From NCBI GenBank assembly GCA_963817385.1, contig CAWFOM010000001.1, positions 324,881 through 388,880 on the forward strand: DNA of 64,000 nucleotides, given 5' to 3'. This DNA is from an uncultured delta proteobacterium (GTDB taxonomy: Bacteria > Desulfobacterota > Syntrophia > Syntrophales > UBA5619). A program made the translations under genes and the position numbers. Below the pieces are notes generated by a model that saw only the letters and a list, made by a program, of their open reading frames with translations, was not told where the DNA came from and ran no database searches. Positions 40,863-50,907 of the stretch are shown in pieces (the first letter of the stretch is position 1; every line of letters begins with the position of its first letter).

Positions 40863-40980
40863 TGAATCCGCCGGCAGTTTATCCCCCGCGGCTTGCCGCG
40901 GGGTAAGCGAGTAAAAACGAAATGGTTTGTTCCTTTTAGGGATCGAAGATTCTCCGCAGCTTGCTGCAAGGAGAGCTTCA
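40863..40980 (+). mobile_element. ~117 bp miniature palindromic element, copy 3
   Basis: Very similar to 10030-10145, including GCGAGTAAAAAC.AAATGGTTTGTTCCT and GGATCGAAGATTCTCCGCAGCTTGCTGC. Confidence 0.7.
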
Positions 40981-41039
40981 TGCGACCAGGTATCGCCCCC
41001 GTTTCCGGGAGGAAACGATACTTAATCGGAGCTGATGAA

Positions 41040-41079
41040 ACAAAATTGTTTTATTGCCCGAAAAAAAGAACAAAAATGT
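41040..41079. promoter_or_regulatory. Candidate upstream activator sequences for the sigma54 activator
   Basis: ACAAAATTGT (41040) and ACAAAAATGT (41070), 30 bp apart; similar motifs at 35581 and 42797. Confidence 0.5.
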
Positions 41080-41114
41080 AACACGGTACGATATCCCTCC
41101 GGCAGGCCTTTTTT

Positions 41115-42719
41115 TCAGTTGTCCTGCGGAACGGGGCGCGAGGCGCCCGCTTTTTTCGGACGGAACTGGCGCGCATCGATCCCGAGTTTCTGGATCCGGT
41201 ACTGGATGATCCGTTTGGTCGTCCCGAGGAGCTTCGCCGCCCGGGTCTGGTTCCCGTCGGTCTCCTTGAGGGCGCCCAGGATCAGCGCCCGTTCCTGGGC
41301 CTCGACGACGGTGTTGAGTTTGCCCTGTTCCTTCCGTTCGTCGGTGCGGGCCAGGGTCTGGAGCGAGGGGGGCAGGTGGATCGTCTCGATCGTGTCTTTC
41401 GTGGCGAGGAGGACCGCCCGTTCCATGCAATTCTCCAGTTCCCGGACGTTGCCCGGCCAGTGGTAGGCCAACAGGATGTCCGACACCGCCGGGGAGATTT
41501 TCATCACCGGTTTCCCCATCTCCCGCGAGTATTTCAGCACAAAGTGGTCGGCGAGCAGGAGGATGTCGCTCCCCCGGTCGCGCAGCGGGGGCAGGTAGAT
41601 GGGAAAGACGTTGAGACGGTAGAAGAGGTCGGCGCGGAACCGTCCGGTGGCGAGATCCTGTTCGAGGACCCGGTTCGTCGCGGCGATGATCCGGACATCG
41701 ACCTTGACCACCCGGGCGGAGCCGAGGGGCTGAAACTGCTTCTCCTGGAGGACGCGCAAGAGCTTCACCTGCGCCGCGGCGGAGAGTTCCCCCACCTCGT
41801 CGAGAAAGATCGTCCCCCCGTGCGCCTCTTCGAACCGTCCGCGGCGCTGGTGGAGGGCGCCGGTGAAGGCCCCCCGCTCGTGTCCGAAGAGTTCGCTTTC
41901 GATCAGGGTGTCCGGAATGGCCGCGCAGTTGACCTGGACGAGGGGGCCCTTGAGGCGGGGGCTTTTTTGATGGATCGCCCGGGCGACCAGCTCCTTGCCG
42001 GTTCCCGTCTCCCCATGGATCAGGACCGTCGAGTTGGAATCGGCCACCTGGGCCACGAGGCCGAAGACGTCCTGCATGACGCTGGAATGGCCGATGATGT
42101 CGGGAGAGGGGGTCCGGGAGCGGCCGACGATCCGGCGGAGGCGCCGGTTATCCTCTTCGACGACGCGGCTGTGGACCGCCTTGGCAAGGAGTTCGGCTAC
42201 CGAGGAGAGGAGGGCCAGTTCGCGGTCCAGATTCTCCACCTGACGCGCCACCTTGTCCGCCGACAGAACACCGACGACACGGCCGTCATACATGATGGGC
42301 ACGCAGAGAAAGGTCAGCTCCGCCCGGTTCAGGAAACGCCGGGCGCCCGTCCGGTCAAGGAAATGGGCATCCTGACCGAGGTTCGCGCAGGCCATCGGCC
42401 GGCCGGTCTGCGCCACCTTGCCCGTGATCCCCTCGCCGGGCTGGTAAGTCACGTCCAATCCCTGGATATCGACGCCGTGCGCCACATCGAGCCAGACTCC
42501 CCCCGTCTCGCGGTCCATGAGGGAGATCATCCCCCGCTCCATCCCCAGACGATCGCTCATCTCCTGGAGGGCCTGTTCGAGCTGATCCCGAAGCTCCTGG
42601 GGCTGGGCCAGGATCCGGGCGATGGCGTGCAGCGCGGCGAGTTCTTCGTAGTTATGGATGCTCAATTCCTTTGTCCCGGGCGCGCCGACCCTCGACGGCC
42701 GCCAAATTGAGGAAGTCAT
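41115..42719 (-). CDS. NifA-like sigma54-dependent activator (GAF-AAA-HTH)
   Basis: GAF ([18 protein letters not shown]), [38 protein letters not shown], Fis-type HTH. Confidence 0.93.
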   Translation of the reverse strand: MTSSIWRPSRVGAPGTKELSIHNYEELAALHAIARILAQPQELRDQLEQALQEMSDRLGMERGMISLMDRETGGVWLDVAHGVDIQGLDVTYQPGEGITGKVAQTGRPMACANLGQDAHFLDRTGARRFLNRAELTFLCVPIMYDGRVVGVLSADKVARQVENLDRELALLSSVAELLAKAVHSRVVEEDNRRLRRIVGRSRTPSPDIIGHSSVMQDVFGLVAQVADSNSTVLIHGETGTGKELVARAIHQKSPRLKGPLVQVNCAAIPDTLIESELFGHERGAFTGALHQRRGRFEEAHGGTIFLDEVGELSAAAQVKLLRVLQEKQFQPLGSARVVKVDVRIIAATNRVLEQDLATGRFRADLFYRLNVFPIYLPPLRDRGSDILLLADHFVLKYSREMGKPVMKISPAVSDILLAYHWPGNVRELENCMERAVLLATKDTIETIHLPPSLQTLARTDERKEQGKLNTVVEAQERALILGALKETDGNQTRAAKLLGTTKRIIQYRIQKLGIDARQFRPKKAGASRPVPQDN

Positions 42720-42852
42720 AATCGTACCGGCTCTCCCTACCGGAAAAAATTTACCTTTTTGCAGGACCGATATATGATAGGTTAACACTGTTTGATACAA
42801 AAATGCAATGAGGGACGGCGCGGTTTTTTGGCAAGGGGGTACGGCAAGAGCA

Positions 42853-43599
42853 ATGATCACGGACGAGGAGCGCAAACGTTACCACCGGCAGATCCTCCTG
42901 TTCGGCGAGGCGGGGCAGGAACGGCTCAAGGCGGCCCGGGTCCTCATCGCCGGCGCGGGCGGGCTCGGAACGGTGATCGCCGCCTATCTGGCGGCTGCCG
43001 GCGTGGGGAGCCTCCGGGTCGTGGACTGCGACGTCGTGGAGGCGAGCAATCTGAACCGCCAGATCCTCCATTGGGGCGGGGATCTCGGCCGGCCGAAAAC
43101 CGCCTCCGCGGCGGAGAAACTCTCCGCGCTCAACGCCCTGATCCGCGTGGAGGAGGTCGCCGGGAGGATCGACGAGGCCAATTTCGGTGCGATGGCGCGG
43201 GATTGCGACCTCATCGTCGACGCGATGGACAATTTCCCGACCCGCTACCTTCTCAACCGGACCGCCCTCGGGATGGGGATCCCCTTCATCCACGGCGCCG
43301 TGCGGGGCATGTACGGCCAGGCGATGACGGTGCTCCCCGGGAAGACGCCCTGCCTGCGGTGCGTATTCCCCGGAAGTCCGCCGCCGGAGATCTTCCCGAT
43401 CATCGGGGCGACGTGCGGCGTCATCGGTTCCATCGAGGCGACGGAGGCGATCAAGCTCCTCACCGGCCGGGGAGAACCGCTGGCCGGCCGCCTCCTGATC
43501 TGGGACGGCCTGGCGGCGAGCGCCGACATCCTCGCCGTCGAGCGCAATCCCGCCTGCCCGGATTGCGGGCTTCCCGGAGTGAATCGTCGCTCCCCTTAA
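42853..43599 (+). CDS. ThiF/MoeB-family adenylyltransferase (second copy)
   Basis: RYHRQI, GAGGLG, SNLNRQ, DAMDNF, CLRC and CPDC. Confidence 0.9.
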   Translation: MITDEERKRYHRQILLFGEAGQERLKAARVLIAGAGGLGTVIAAYLAAAGVGSLRVVDCDVVEASNLNRQILHWGGDLGRPKTASAAEKLSALNALIRVEEVAGRIDEANFGAMARDCDLIVDAMDNFPTRYLLNRTALGMGIPFIHGAVRGMYGQAMTVLPGKTPCLRCVFPGSPPPEIFPIIGATCGVIGSIEATEAIKLLTGRGEPLAGRLLIWDGLAASADILAVERNPACPDCGLPGVNRRSP

Positions 43600-43699
43600 C
43601 GGTAAGCGTTATCCCGCCGATGCCGCGTGGTAAAGAGGTCATCGGCCAAGGGGGACCGTGTTCGCCCGCTTTCCCCCGTTGCCGGCTTTATCAGCGGTA

Positions 43700-44050
43700 T
43701 CACGCCCCCGTGAGGAGGGAACGTTCCCCGCCGAAATGGACCGCGAGCCAGACCGTCTCCCCCTCCGGGTCAGTCCGCTCCACGCGGTGGCGCACCTGCC
43801 GGGGGATCAGGAGGTGATCGCCGGGTGCAAGCGTGATCTCCCGGCCGTCGAAGAAGCGCAGGGACGCGCTCCCTTTCACCAGGAGTACCCACTCATCCGT
43901 CTCCTGGTCGTACCAGAATCCCGGAGGCGACGCCTGTCCCCGGGAGACGATCCGCTCGATCCGGAAGGCGTCCGTCCGGAGGATCTCTCCGACAATCTCC
44001 TCCGGCATCTCCCGGGGGATGTCAGCCAACAGATTATCAACCCTGATCAT
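43700..44050 (-). CDS. Cupin-domain protein
   Basis: RIERIVSRGQASP..FWYDQ...EWVLL..G.A, LAPGD...IP...HRV, TVWLAVH. Confidence 0.88.
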   Translation of the reverse strand: MIRVDNLLADIPREMPEEIVGEILRTDAFRIERIVSRGQASPPGFWYDQETDEWVLLVKGSASLRFFDGREITLAPGDHLLIPRQVRHRVERTDPEGETVWLAVHFGGERSLLTGA

Positions 44051-44222
44051 CGGCCGTCCTCCTGTTCATCCTGTCAAGGCTCATCCGGTCTCTTACACCG
44101 TGAAACCCAATATTCCCGCCACCGATACCATAATTATTGAGGAAATAATATCGGTGGCGAGGGATGGAAGTCCCTGTTACCGGAAGTTTGCTTTTTCGAC
44201 CGGGTGTGCTATGGTGCGGCCC

Positions 44223-45548
44223 ATGCAACCACGCATCATTTCCCGGGAGGAACACGGCATATCCCGGAAGCAGATAAGCCCGAATGCCCTGCGCACGCTC
44301 TACCGGCTCCATGACAACGGCTTCATCGCCTACCTGGTGGGAGGGTGTGTCCGCGACCTTCTTATGGAGCGAACCCCCAAGGACTTCGACATCGCGACGG
44401 ACGCGGTGCCCGGTCAGATCAAGCGGCTCTTTCGCAACTGCCGCCTCATCGGCCGCCGTTTCCGGTTGGCCCATCTCCATTTTCAGGACGAAGTTCTGGA
44501 AGTCTCCACCTTCCGGGCCGCCGCCCCTCCCGATGATGCGGATACGGAAGAGGCGTGCCCGAGTGACCGCCCTCCACGCCACCTCAAGGACGAGGATGGA
44601 ATGGTCCTGCGCGACAACGTCTTCGGCACCCCGGAGGAGGACGCCCTCCGCCGCGACTTCACCATCAACGCCCTTGCCTACAATATCGCGGATTTTTCGA
44701 TCATCGACTACACCAATGGGCTGAGCGACCTTCGGCAGCGCCTCATTCGTCCGATCGGCGACCCGTATGTCCGCTTTACGGAAGACCCGGTGCGGATGAT
44801 CCGTGCGGTTCGTTTTGCCGCGTCCCATGACCTCGTCATAGAACCGGCCACCTGGGAGATCCTCTGCGAGCTTTCCTCCACCATTACCCGCGCCGCGCCG
44901 GCAAGGCTCTACGAAGAGATGCTGAAACTCTTCCTGCTCGGATCCGCGCGACCGGTGTTCACTCTCCTGGAAACAAGCGGACTCCTTGCCGCCCTCTTTC
45001 CCGGGCTCGGTCAATGGCTCCAGGAAAACAGCCATCACCGGACATGGTTGCACACAAACCTGGAATGCCTCGATCGGCTGTGCCGAAGCGGTCTGCCTGC
45101 GTCTCCGCCGCTCTTCCTCGCCGCACTCTTCGGCCCCCGCCTGGAGGAGGAGGCGCTTGCCCGCCACCGCGACGGCATCCCCTATATGCAGGCGCTGGAT
45201 GCCGCCTGCGCCGTTTTCATGGAAGAATTCTGCAGGATCGTCTGCATCCCGGGACGGATCGGCTCTCAAGTGCGCCGCATCCTCGCCGTTCAACCCTCGC
45301 TGCACCGGATGCCGCCGCGACGTCCCTCTTCACTGGCCGGCCGGCCTGAATTTGAAGACGCCATGGCCTACCTCTGCCTCACGGCAAAGACGAAAGAAGA
45401 AAACAAAGCTTCTGTGGAATGGTGGGAGACCTTTATCAAGGCCCCTTCCGCAATGATCACTGCGGAACCATCAACCGATCAAGCCCCGGCAAAACGACGC
45501 AGAAAGAGGGTGCGCCGGCGCCGCCCTTCTGCCCAGACTGCCGCCTGA
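44223..45548 (+). CDS. pcnB: Poly(A) polymerase I
   Basis: VGGCVRD, KDFDIAT, PAP signature LIGRRFRLAH, RRDFTINAL, EDPVRMIRA, basic C-terminal tail. Confidence 0.92.
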   Translation: MQPRIISREEHGISRKQISPNALRTLYRLHDNGFIAYLVGGCVRDLLMERTPKDFDIATDAVPGQIKRLFRNCRLIGRRFRLAHLHFQDEVLEVSTFRAAAPPDDADTEEACPSDRPPRHLKDEDGMVLRDNVFGTPEEDALRRDFTINALAYNIADFSIIDYTNGLSDLRQRLIRPIGDPYVRFTEDPVRMIRAVRFAASHDLVIEPATWEILCELSSTITRAAPARLYEEMLKLFLLGSARPVFTLLETSGLLAALFPGLGQWLQENSHHRTWLHTNLECLDRLCRSGLPASPPLFLAALFGPRLEEEALARHRDGIPYMQALDAACAVFMEEFCRIVCIPGRIGSQVRRILAVQPSLHRMPPRRPSSLAGRPEFEDAMAYLCLTAKTKEENKASVEWWETFIKAPSAMITAEPSTDQAPAKRRRKRVRRRRPSAQTAA

Positions 45549-45775
45549 CCGTTAAACCCGATGAAAAATATTTTTTTACTTGCATTCGCAGGGAGGGTGG
45601 ATATAGTACTCGCCGGTCAATCGTAGCTCCATGGTGGGGCTGCCTGAGTCGTATCGTAAAGTTATCGGCTGAAAAACGAACGTGTCAAAAGCATATTCCC
45701 GGAACTGTCAAGCCCTGTGAGTCCCCCGGATGAGTCGGGGGGTGACTCAGGAGAAATTATGCGCAGGAGGAAATA

Positions 45776-46708
45776 GTGAAATTACTCTTTTTCGACGACT
45801 TCAAACTTGGTGTCCTCAAGGGAGAAACGGTGATTGACGTATCTGATGCCGTTAAGAGCATCCCTCACACCGGGCCGCACAACCTCATCAACGGATTAAT
45901 CGAGCGATTTGATGAATACAAGGGCACCCTGCAACAGGCATCCGACCGTGGTAAGGGGGTACCGGTCAGCGGGGTAAGGCTCAGGCCTCCGCTGCCGAAG
46001 CCCGCCAATATAGACTGTATGGCCGTTAACTACGAGGATGGAACCCGTAAAGTGCTGCCGCCCATAAACGCTTTTCTGAAGCCTCCCAACGCAATCATCG
46101 GCGACGGCGAGACCATGGTGCTCCCCGATGTTCCGGCCACGATCTTTGAGGGGGAGGCGGAGCTCGCGCTGGTCATCGGCAAACGGGCGTCCAACGTCAG
46201 TGCGACGGATGCAATGAAATACGTCTTCGGTTACCTGAACTTCATTGATGGGTCCGCCCGCGGTCTACCACCCGAAACGAACTCTTTCTATCAAATGAAG
46301 GCGCGGGATACGTTCGCCCCCATCGGTCCGTATCTGGTGACGGCTGACGAAGTCCCTGACCCGCACAAGCTCCAGGTGCGGCTCTGGAACAACGGGGTAC
46401 TCATGCAGAACTATAATACCAGTGACATGGCCCATAAGATTCCCCGGTGCATTGAGTGGATCACGTCTGTCCATACTCTGGAACCCGGCGATATCGTAGC
46501 CACCGGGACCGATCACCGCGGCCTGAACCCGTTCATGGACGGAGACCGGATTGAGATGGAAGTAGACGGATTGGGCCGGCTGCGCTTCCGGGTGCGGGAC
46601 GACCTGAAGCGTACCTGGGCCAGAGAGACCCGGCTGTATCGCCAGCAGAAGAATCTGGAGGGGCGGACGCCTCAATTGACAGGAAAGTATGCTGCCAAGC
46701 AAAGCTAG
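45776..46708 (+). CDS. Fumarylacetoacetate hydrolase family protein
   Basis: CMAVNY, FLKP, EGEAELALVIG, DGSARG, K.RDTFAPIGP, TLEPGDIVATGT; AGGAGG RBS before GTG. Confidence 0.92.
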   Translation: MKLLFFDDFKLGVLKGETVIDVSDAVKSIPHTGPHNLINGLIERFDEYKGTLQQASDRGKGVPVSGVRLRPPLPKPANIDCMAVNYEDGTRKVLPPINAFLKPPNAIIGDGETMVLPDVPATIFEGEAELALVIGKRASNVSATDAMKYVFGYLNFIDGSARGLPPETNSFYQMKARDTFAPIGPYLVTADEVPDPHKLQVRLWNNGVLMQNYNTSDMAHKIPRCIEWITSVHTLEPGDIVATGTDHRGLNPFMDGDRIEMEVDGLGRLRFRVRDDLKRTWARETRLYRQQKNLEGRTPQLTGKYAAKQS

Positions 46709-46771
46709 GCAATCGTAATTATCCTAACCTCTGTCCAACGGTTTTTGACTCCGGTGTTTCGGCACCGTAGG

Positions 46772-48280
46772 TCATGCCCCGCCAATTCGTGCCTGATATC
46801 GCTGCCGGACCATGTCGATCACGGGCCAAAGCACGGCCGCTAGACCCATAAGCAGCAGGACGGCGCTGATCGGCCGGGTGAAGAAAATGTCATAGCTCCC
46901 CAGCGACAAGATCAGCGACTGGCGAAGGGACCGTTCCACCAAGGGGCCCAGGACCACCGCCAGGAGCACGGGAGCACGAGGCATATCGAATTTATTCATG
47001 AAGTATCCCATGACGCCGAAGACATACAACATCCAGACGTCAAAGATGTTGCCGTCGACCGAGTAGACGCCGACCGTGGCAAAGACAATGACCAGCGGCA
47101 TCAGCAGGTAGTTTGGGATCTTGCAAATCTTAACGAACAGCGGAATACAGGCCATGTTCATGATGACCAGCATGACGTTGCCGATGTACATGCTGGCGAT
47201 GACTCCCCAGACGAAACCCGGGTTCTTCTGAAAGAGGAGCGGGCCCGGCTGCAGACCATACATCAGCAGCGCCCCCAGCATGATCGCCGTGGTTCCGGAA
47301 CCCGGAATGCCCAGCGTAAGCAGCGGGACCATGGCGCCGCCGGTGGAGGCGTTATTCGCCGATTCGGGTCCCGCAACCCCCTCGATGGCCCCCTTGCCGA
47401 ACTGTTCCGGATGTTTGGAAAAGCGCTTCTCGGCGGCGTAGCTCAGGAATGAGGCGATCGTCCCCCCTGCCCCGGGGAGCACCCCGACAAGGAAGCCGAT
47501 GAAGGTGCCACGCGTGATCGGCATCGCACTTGCCCGCCAGTCAGCCCGGTTCGGCCACACTTCTTTGATCTTGATCTTTTCCGTGACGAATTCCAGCTTG
47601 ATGGCCTGGTCGGCGTTATAGAGCACCTCGCCGATCCCGAAGAGCCCCACGGCGACCACGACAAAATCAATGCCGCCCAAAAGGCCGGTGAGCCCGAACG
47701 TCAGGCGCGGGAGTCCGGAGAAGGCGTCCATCCCGGGGGCGGAGACCAGAATGCCCAGGCAGGTCCCCGCCAGGGCCTTCAGCACCGATCCGCTGGTGAG
47801 ACCCGCGACGGTGCAGAGCCCCATGAGCATGAGGGCAAAATACTCCGGCGGACCGAAGGAGAGGGCGAACTTCACCATCGGGAGCGCAAGCAGCATCAGG
47901 AAGATGACGCTGGCGGTCCCGGCGATGAAGGAGCCGATGGCCGCGATCCCGAGGGCCTTCCCGGCCCGGCCCTGCATGGCCATCTGGTAGCCGTCGAGGC
48001 AGGTCATGACGGACGAGGCTTCACCCGGGACGTTGATGAGCACGGAGGTGATGGTGCCCCCGTACATGGTTCCGCAGTAGAGGCCGGCCATCATGATCAT
48101 CGCGGTTGTGGGATTCATGCCGAAGGTGAGCGGCAGCAGAATGGAGAGGCCCGCCGCAGGCCCGATACCCGGGAGGGCGCCGATGATCGTCCCGACGACG
48201 CAACCAAGAAAGCACAAAAGCAGGTTGAAGGGGGTGGCAGCGATATAAAAGCCCATCATCAGCTGTTGCAGTGTTTCCAT
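46772..48280 (-). CDS. tctA: TTT large permease TctA
   Basis: [39 protein letters not shown]. Confidence 0.95.
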   Translation of the reverse strand: METLQQLMMGFYIAATPFNLLLCFLGCVVGTIIGALPGIGPAAGLSILLPLTFGMNPTTAMIMMAGLYCGTMYGGTITSVLINVPGEASSVMTCLDGYQMAMQGRAGKALGIAAIGSFIAGTASVIFLMLLALPMVKFALSFGPPEYFALMLMGLCTVAGLTSGSVLKALAGTCLGILVSAPGMDAFSGLPRLTFGLTGLLGGIDFVVVAVGLFGIGEVLYNADQAIKLEFVTEKIKIKEVWPNRADWRASAMPITRGTFIGFLVGVLPGAGGTIASFLSYAAEKRFSKHPEQFGKGAIEGVAGPESANNASTGGAMVPLLTLGIPGSGTTAIMLGALLMYGLQPGPLLFQKNPGFVWGVIASMYIGNVMLVIMNMACIPLFVKICKIPNYLLMPLVIVFATVGVYSVDGNIFDVWMLYVFGVMGYFMNKFDMPRAPVLLAVVLGPLVERSLRQSLILSLGSYDIFFTRPISAVLLLMGLAAVLWPVIDMVRQRYQARIGGA

Positions 48281-48292
48281 TTCAGCGACTCC

Positions 48293-48769
48293 TCAGTAAA
48301 TGGACAGGACGTTTTCAAGGATACCCATAGGCAGATCGACTTTGAGCCAGTGCCCGAAGACAACGTAGACGATTACCGGGGTGGCGATCGAGGTGAAGGC
48401 GATCACCTTCCAGCTCCGGGCGCCGAAGGCAGGCATGGTGGTGGCCATGACGATCGCCAGGGAAAAGAGCATCCCCAGCGGCTTCATGACCGCGACGGCG
48501 ACGAGATATCCGGCGAGCACCCAGATCACCCGCATCCTCGCGGTTTTCTCGGAGAAAAACACCGGGGCGAACCGCTCCGGGGGCAGGGAAATGGACCGGA
48601 CCAGCATGGCTACGGAGATGATCCCCAGGCCGACCGACATCCAAAAGGGAATGAATCCGGCGCTCATTTTGCCGAGAGTGGCACCAGTTTCGATCTGGGT
48701 GGATTCATACCCGATATAGATCGCAAACAGCAACAACACCGCTCCGAGGATTTGTTCCGCTCTTTTCAT
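48293..48769 (-). CDS. tctB: TTT small subunit TctB
   Basis: AGFIP, four TM segments, VF.HWLKVDLPMG. Confidence 0.85.
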   Translation of the reverse strand: MKRAEQILGAVLLLFAIYIGYESTQIETGATLGKMSAGFIPFWMSVGLGIISVAMLVRSISLPPERFAPVFFSEKTARMRVIWVLAGYLVAVAVMKPLGMLFSLAIVMATTMPAFGARSWKVIAFTSIATPVIVYVVFGHWLKVDLPMGILENVLSIY

Positions 48770-48899
48770 GTGACGATCTCCTCTCTCTGAGAGCTTCTTC
48801 AATCCGTTGCAAATTTACCGCCGGGCGGCGATGCAGAACCCGCGCGAGGGACCATTCAAAGTGCGGGTTCTGCACCGCTCCGTCTCGTATGTCGTCGGC

Positions 48900-49901
48900 T
48901 TATTTTTTCCCCATGCCGAGATCGCGCATGGTAGTGAGGGCCACGTCCGCGTATTCGTCCAGGAATTTGCTCGCTTCCGCGCTGCCCATGAATACCGGGG
49001 TCATAAGGCCATCGTCGAGGTATTTCTTGAAGGCGCCGGTCTCGGTTACCTTTCTGGCGACATTCTCGTAATAGGCCACCACATCGGCCGAAATGCCGGG
49101 AGGGGCGGCAATCCCGCGATGGGTGCGCCTGACCAGGTTGCAGCCGATCTCCTTGAGGGTCGGCATGTCCTTGAAACGGGCCATCCGCTTATCGGCGGCG
49201 ACGGCCAGCATCCGCATGGTCTTGGCCTCGACATGGGGATACATATCGGAAGGGGCGGAGCTCATCACGTCGATGTGACCGCCCAGGAGGGCTGCATTCA
49301 TCTCGCCGCCTCCCTGGAAGGGGACATAATTGAACTCGACACCGGCGGCCTTGGCGATGCTGGCAACCACCAGGGAATCGGGGCTGCCTACATAAGAACC
49401 ACCGAACCGGATGCTCTTGGGCTTGGCCTTGGCCGCCGCCAGCAGCTCTTTCATGTCCTTCCAGGGGGCGTCGTTCTTGACGACCATCACCACCTCATCA
49501 AATCCCAAGATGCCTATCATGGTTAAATCCTTGTGGGAAATGGTCTTTTTCCCGGACAACGCGACCGTGAGCGGGGTCAGGACAAACGGGCCGGACGTGC
49601 TCATCAGGAAGTGCGGATTCCCCTTCTTCTCGGCCATGTAAGCCATAGCGACGGCAAATCCGCCGCCGGGTTTGTAGATCCGGGGCATTGCCACTGGAAT
49701 GAACTTCTCACTTTCCACGATGCTCCCGACCGTCTCCGAGAAGCGCGCGAGCCCGCCTCCCGCGGCGGAGGGGCAGACAAATTCTATCGGCCTGGTGGGG
49801 ACAAAGGACGCGGCCCCGGAGCCGGCTGGGGCCAGCGCCAAAACCGACACGGCAAGAATGGACAGGATGATGATCCGCATGCTGCGTACGCTAACGTTCA
49901 T
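48900..49901 (-). CDS. tctC: TTT substrate-binding protein TctC
   Basis: PTRPIEFVCPSAAGGG, YVPFQGGGE..AALLGGHID, MPTLKEIG, RGIAAPPG. Confidence 0.9.
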   Translation of the reverse strand: MNVSVRSMRIIILSILAVSVLALAPAGSGAASFVPTRPIEFVCPSAAGGGLARFSETVGSIVESEKFIPVAMPRIYKPGGGFAVAMAYMAEKKGNPHFLMSTSGPFVLTPLTVALSGKKTISHKDLTMIGILGFDEVVMVVKNDAPWKDMKELLAAAKAKPKSIRFGGSYVGSPDSLVVASIAKAAGVEFNYVPFQGGGEMNAALLGGHIDVMSSAPSDMYPHVEAKTMRMLAVAADKRMARFKDMPTLKEIGCNLVRRTHRGIAAPPGISADVVAYYENVARKVTETGAFKKYLDDGLMTPVFMGSAEASKFLDEYADVALTTMRDLGMGKK

Positions 49902-49920
49902 GATGACCTCCTAATAGGTG

Positions 49921-50138
49921 ATTGAAGCTGGTTTAAAATTTCACGACTGAAGACACTCACGCATCGGGATAGTGAATCGAGTATCACATTCCGGATTTCC
50001 AGGGTGATGACAGCATACAGAAAAGATAATTGAAGCTGGTTTTTTAATTTCACGACTGAAGACACTGACGCATCGAGATTGTGATTCGAGTGTCACATTC
50101 CGGATTTCCGCGGAGACGATAGCGTACGGAAAGAGATA
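49921..50138. repeat. Tandem direct repeat, two units of 108 and 110 bp
   Basis: 49921-50028 and 50029-50138 both begin ATTGAAGCTGG and share TTTCACGACTGAAGACACT and CACATTCCGGATTTCC; about 85% identical by eye. Confidence 0.92.
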
Positions 50139-50145
50139 CTGTCAA
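50116..50145 (-). promoter_or_regulatory. Possible sigma70 promoter for tctC (48900-49901)
   Basis: TTGACA-N18-TATCGT on the minus strand, with an AT-rich tract upstream. Confidence 0.45.
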
Positions 50146-50163
50146 GTTTTTTATGTTAAATAT

Positions 50164-50280
50164 TCAAGCAGGAAGAACGCCGACCCCAGTCCCGCAAGGA
50201 CGAGCGTAGTGAATCCCGCGCGGTAGTTTGCCGGCCATGTCGGCGAGGATGCGGGCGATCCGGCCGATGACGACGATCAT
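50164..50280 (-). pseudogene. Remnant resembling the C-terminal helices of an MFS transporter
   Basis: Across shifted frames reads IA.ILADMAG-NYRAGFTT-VLAGLGSAFFLL. Confidence 0.4.
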
Positions 50281-50287
50281 ACAGAAC

Positions 50288-50797
50288 CTAAAAAGACAGG
50301 ATGCCCACGGGAAGCATCACTTCCAGGACATGGGCAAACAGGTAATAGACAACGATGCTGAACAGAATACTCACCACCAGATTACGGATCCATTTGCCCC
50401 TCTCGAACAGCTGCGCTTGCCATAGAATCAGGATTGTGGTGCTGATGATGAATCCCACCGGAATGAGAATGGCAGCATATATCAGCAATCCCAGGATAAT
50501 CAGGGCCATGATCTTGTATTGCGCGGCAGAGGTCTTTTTCGGCGGTTCGGCCGGGGCCGAGTCGGCACCTTCCGGTTTCCGGCTTGTCCGCAACGAGGTG
50601 AAGAGGATCAACAGAGCCGAGAAGATCAGGGCAACAAGGATGGCAATGGGCATGAAGCTGGGTCCGATTGTTTGCCGGATCATCGGAGTCGGCATGTTGT
50701 ATTCGTTGTGGATCAAAAACAGGGCGATCAGGATCGAGCACAGCGCAACGATGCTATCGAAATTAAATATGGATTTTCTTCTGCTTGTCTCTTTCAT
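50288..50797 (-). CDS. tctB: TTT small subunit TctB
   Basis: IGPSFMP, PVGFIIST, YYLF..VLEVMLP.G. Confidence 0.88.
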   Translation of the reverse strand: MKETSRRKSIFNFDSIVALCSILIALFLIHNEYNMPTPMIRQTIGPSFMPIAILVALIFSALLILFTSLRTSRKPEGADSAPAEPPKKTSAAQYKIMALIILGLLIYAAILIPVGFIISTTILILWQAQLFERGKWIRNLVVSILFSIVVYYLFAHVLEVMLPVGILSF

Positions 50798-50907
50798 CTT
50801 TTGCTCTCCTCAATCAGATGATCCGACGGTCTCGACGTGCCTCTTTCCGGCAGGGGGTGATCTATTGTGAAGTCAGAGGCTGAAAATGCGAATCGGGACT
50901 TCTTCAC

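Noticed and set aside
41115..42719. Calling the activator nifA (nitrogen fixation)
   Set aside because: No nif genes in the window; context is GS-GOGAT
49921..50138. Tandem repeat as a CRISPR array
   Set aside because: Only two long units, no unique spacers, no cas genes
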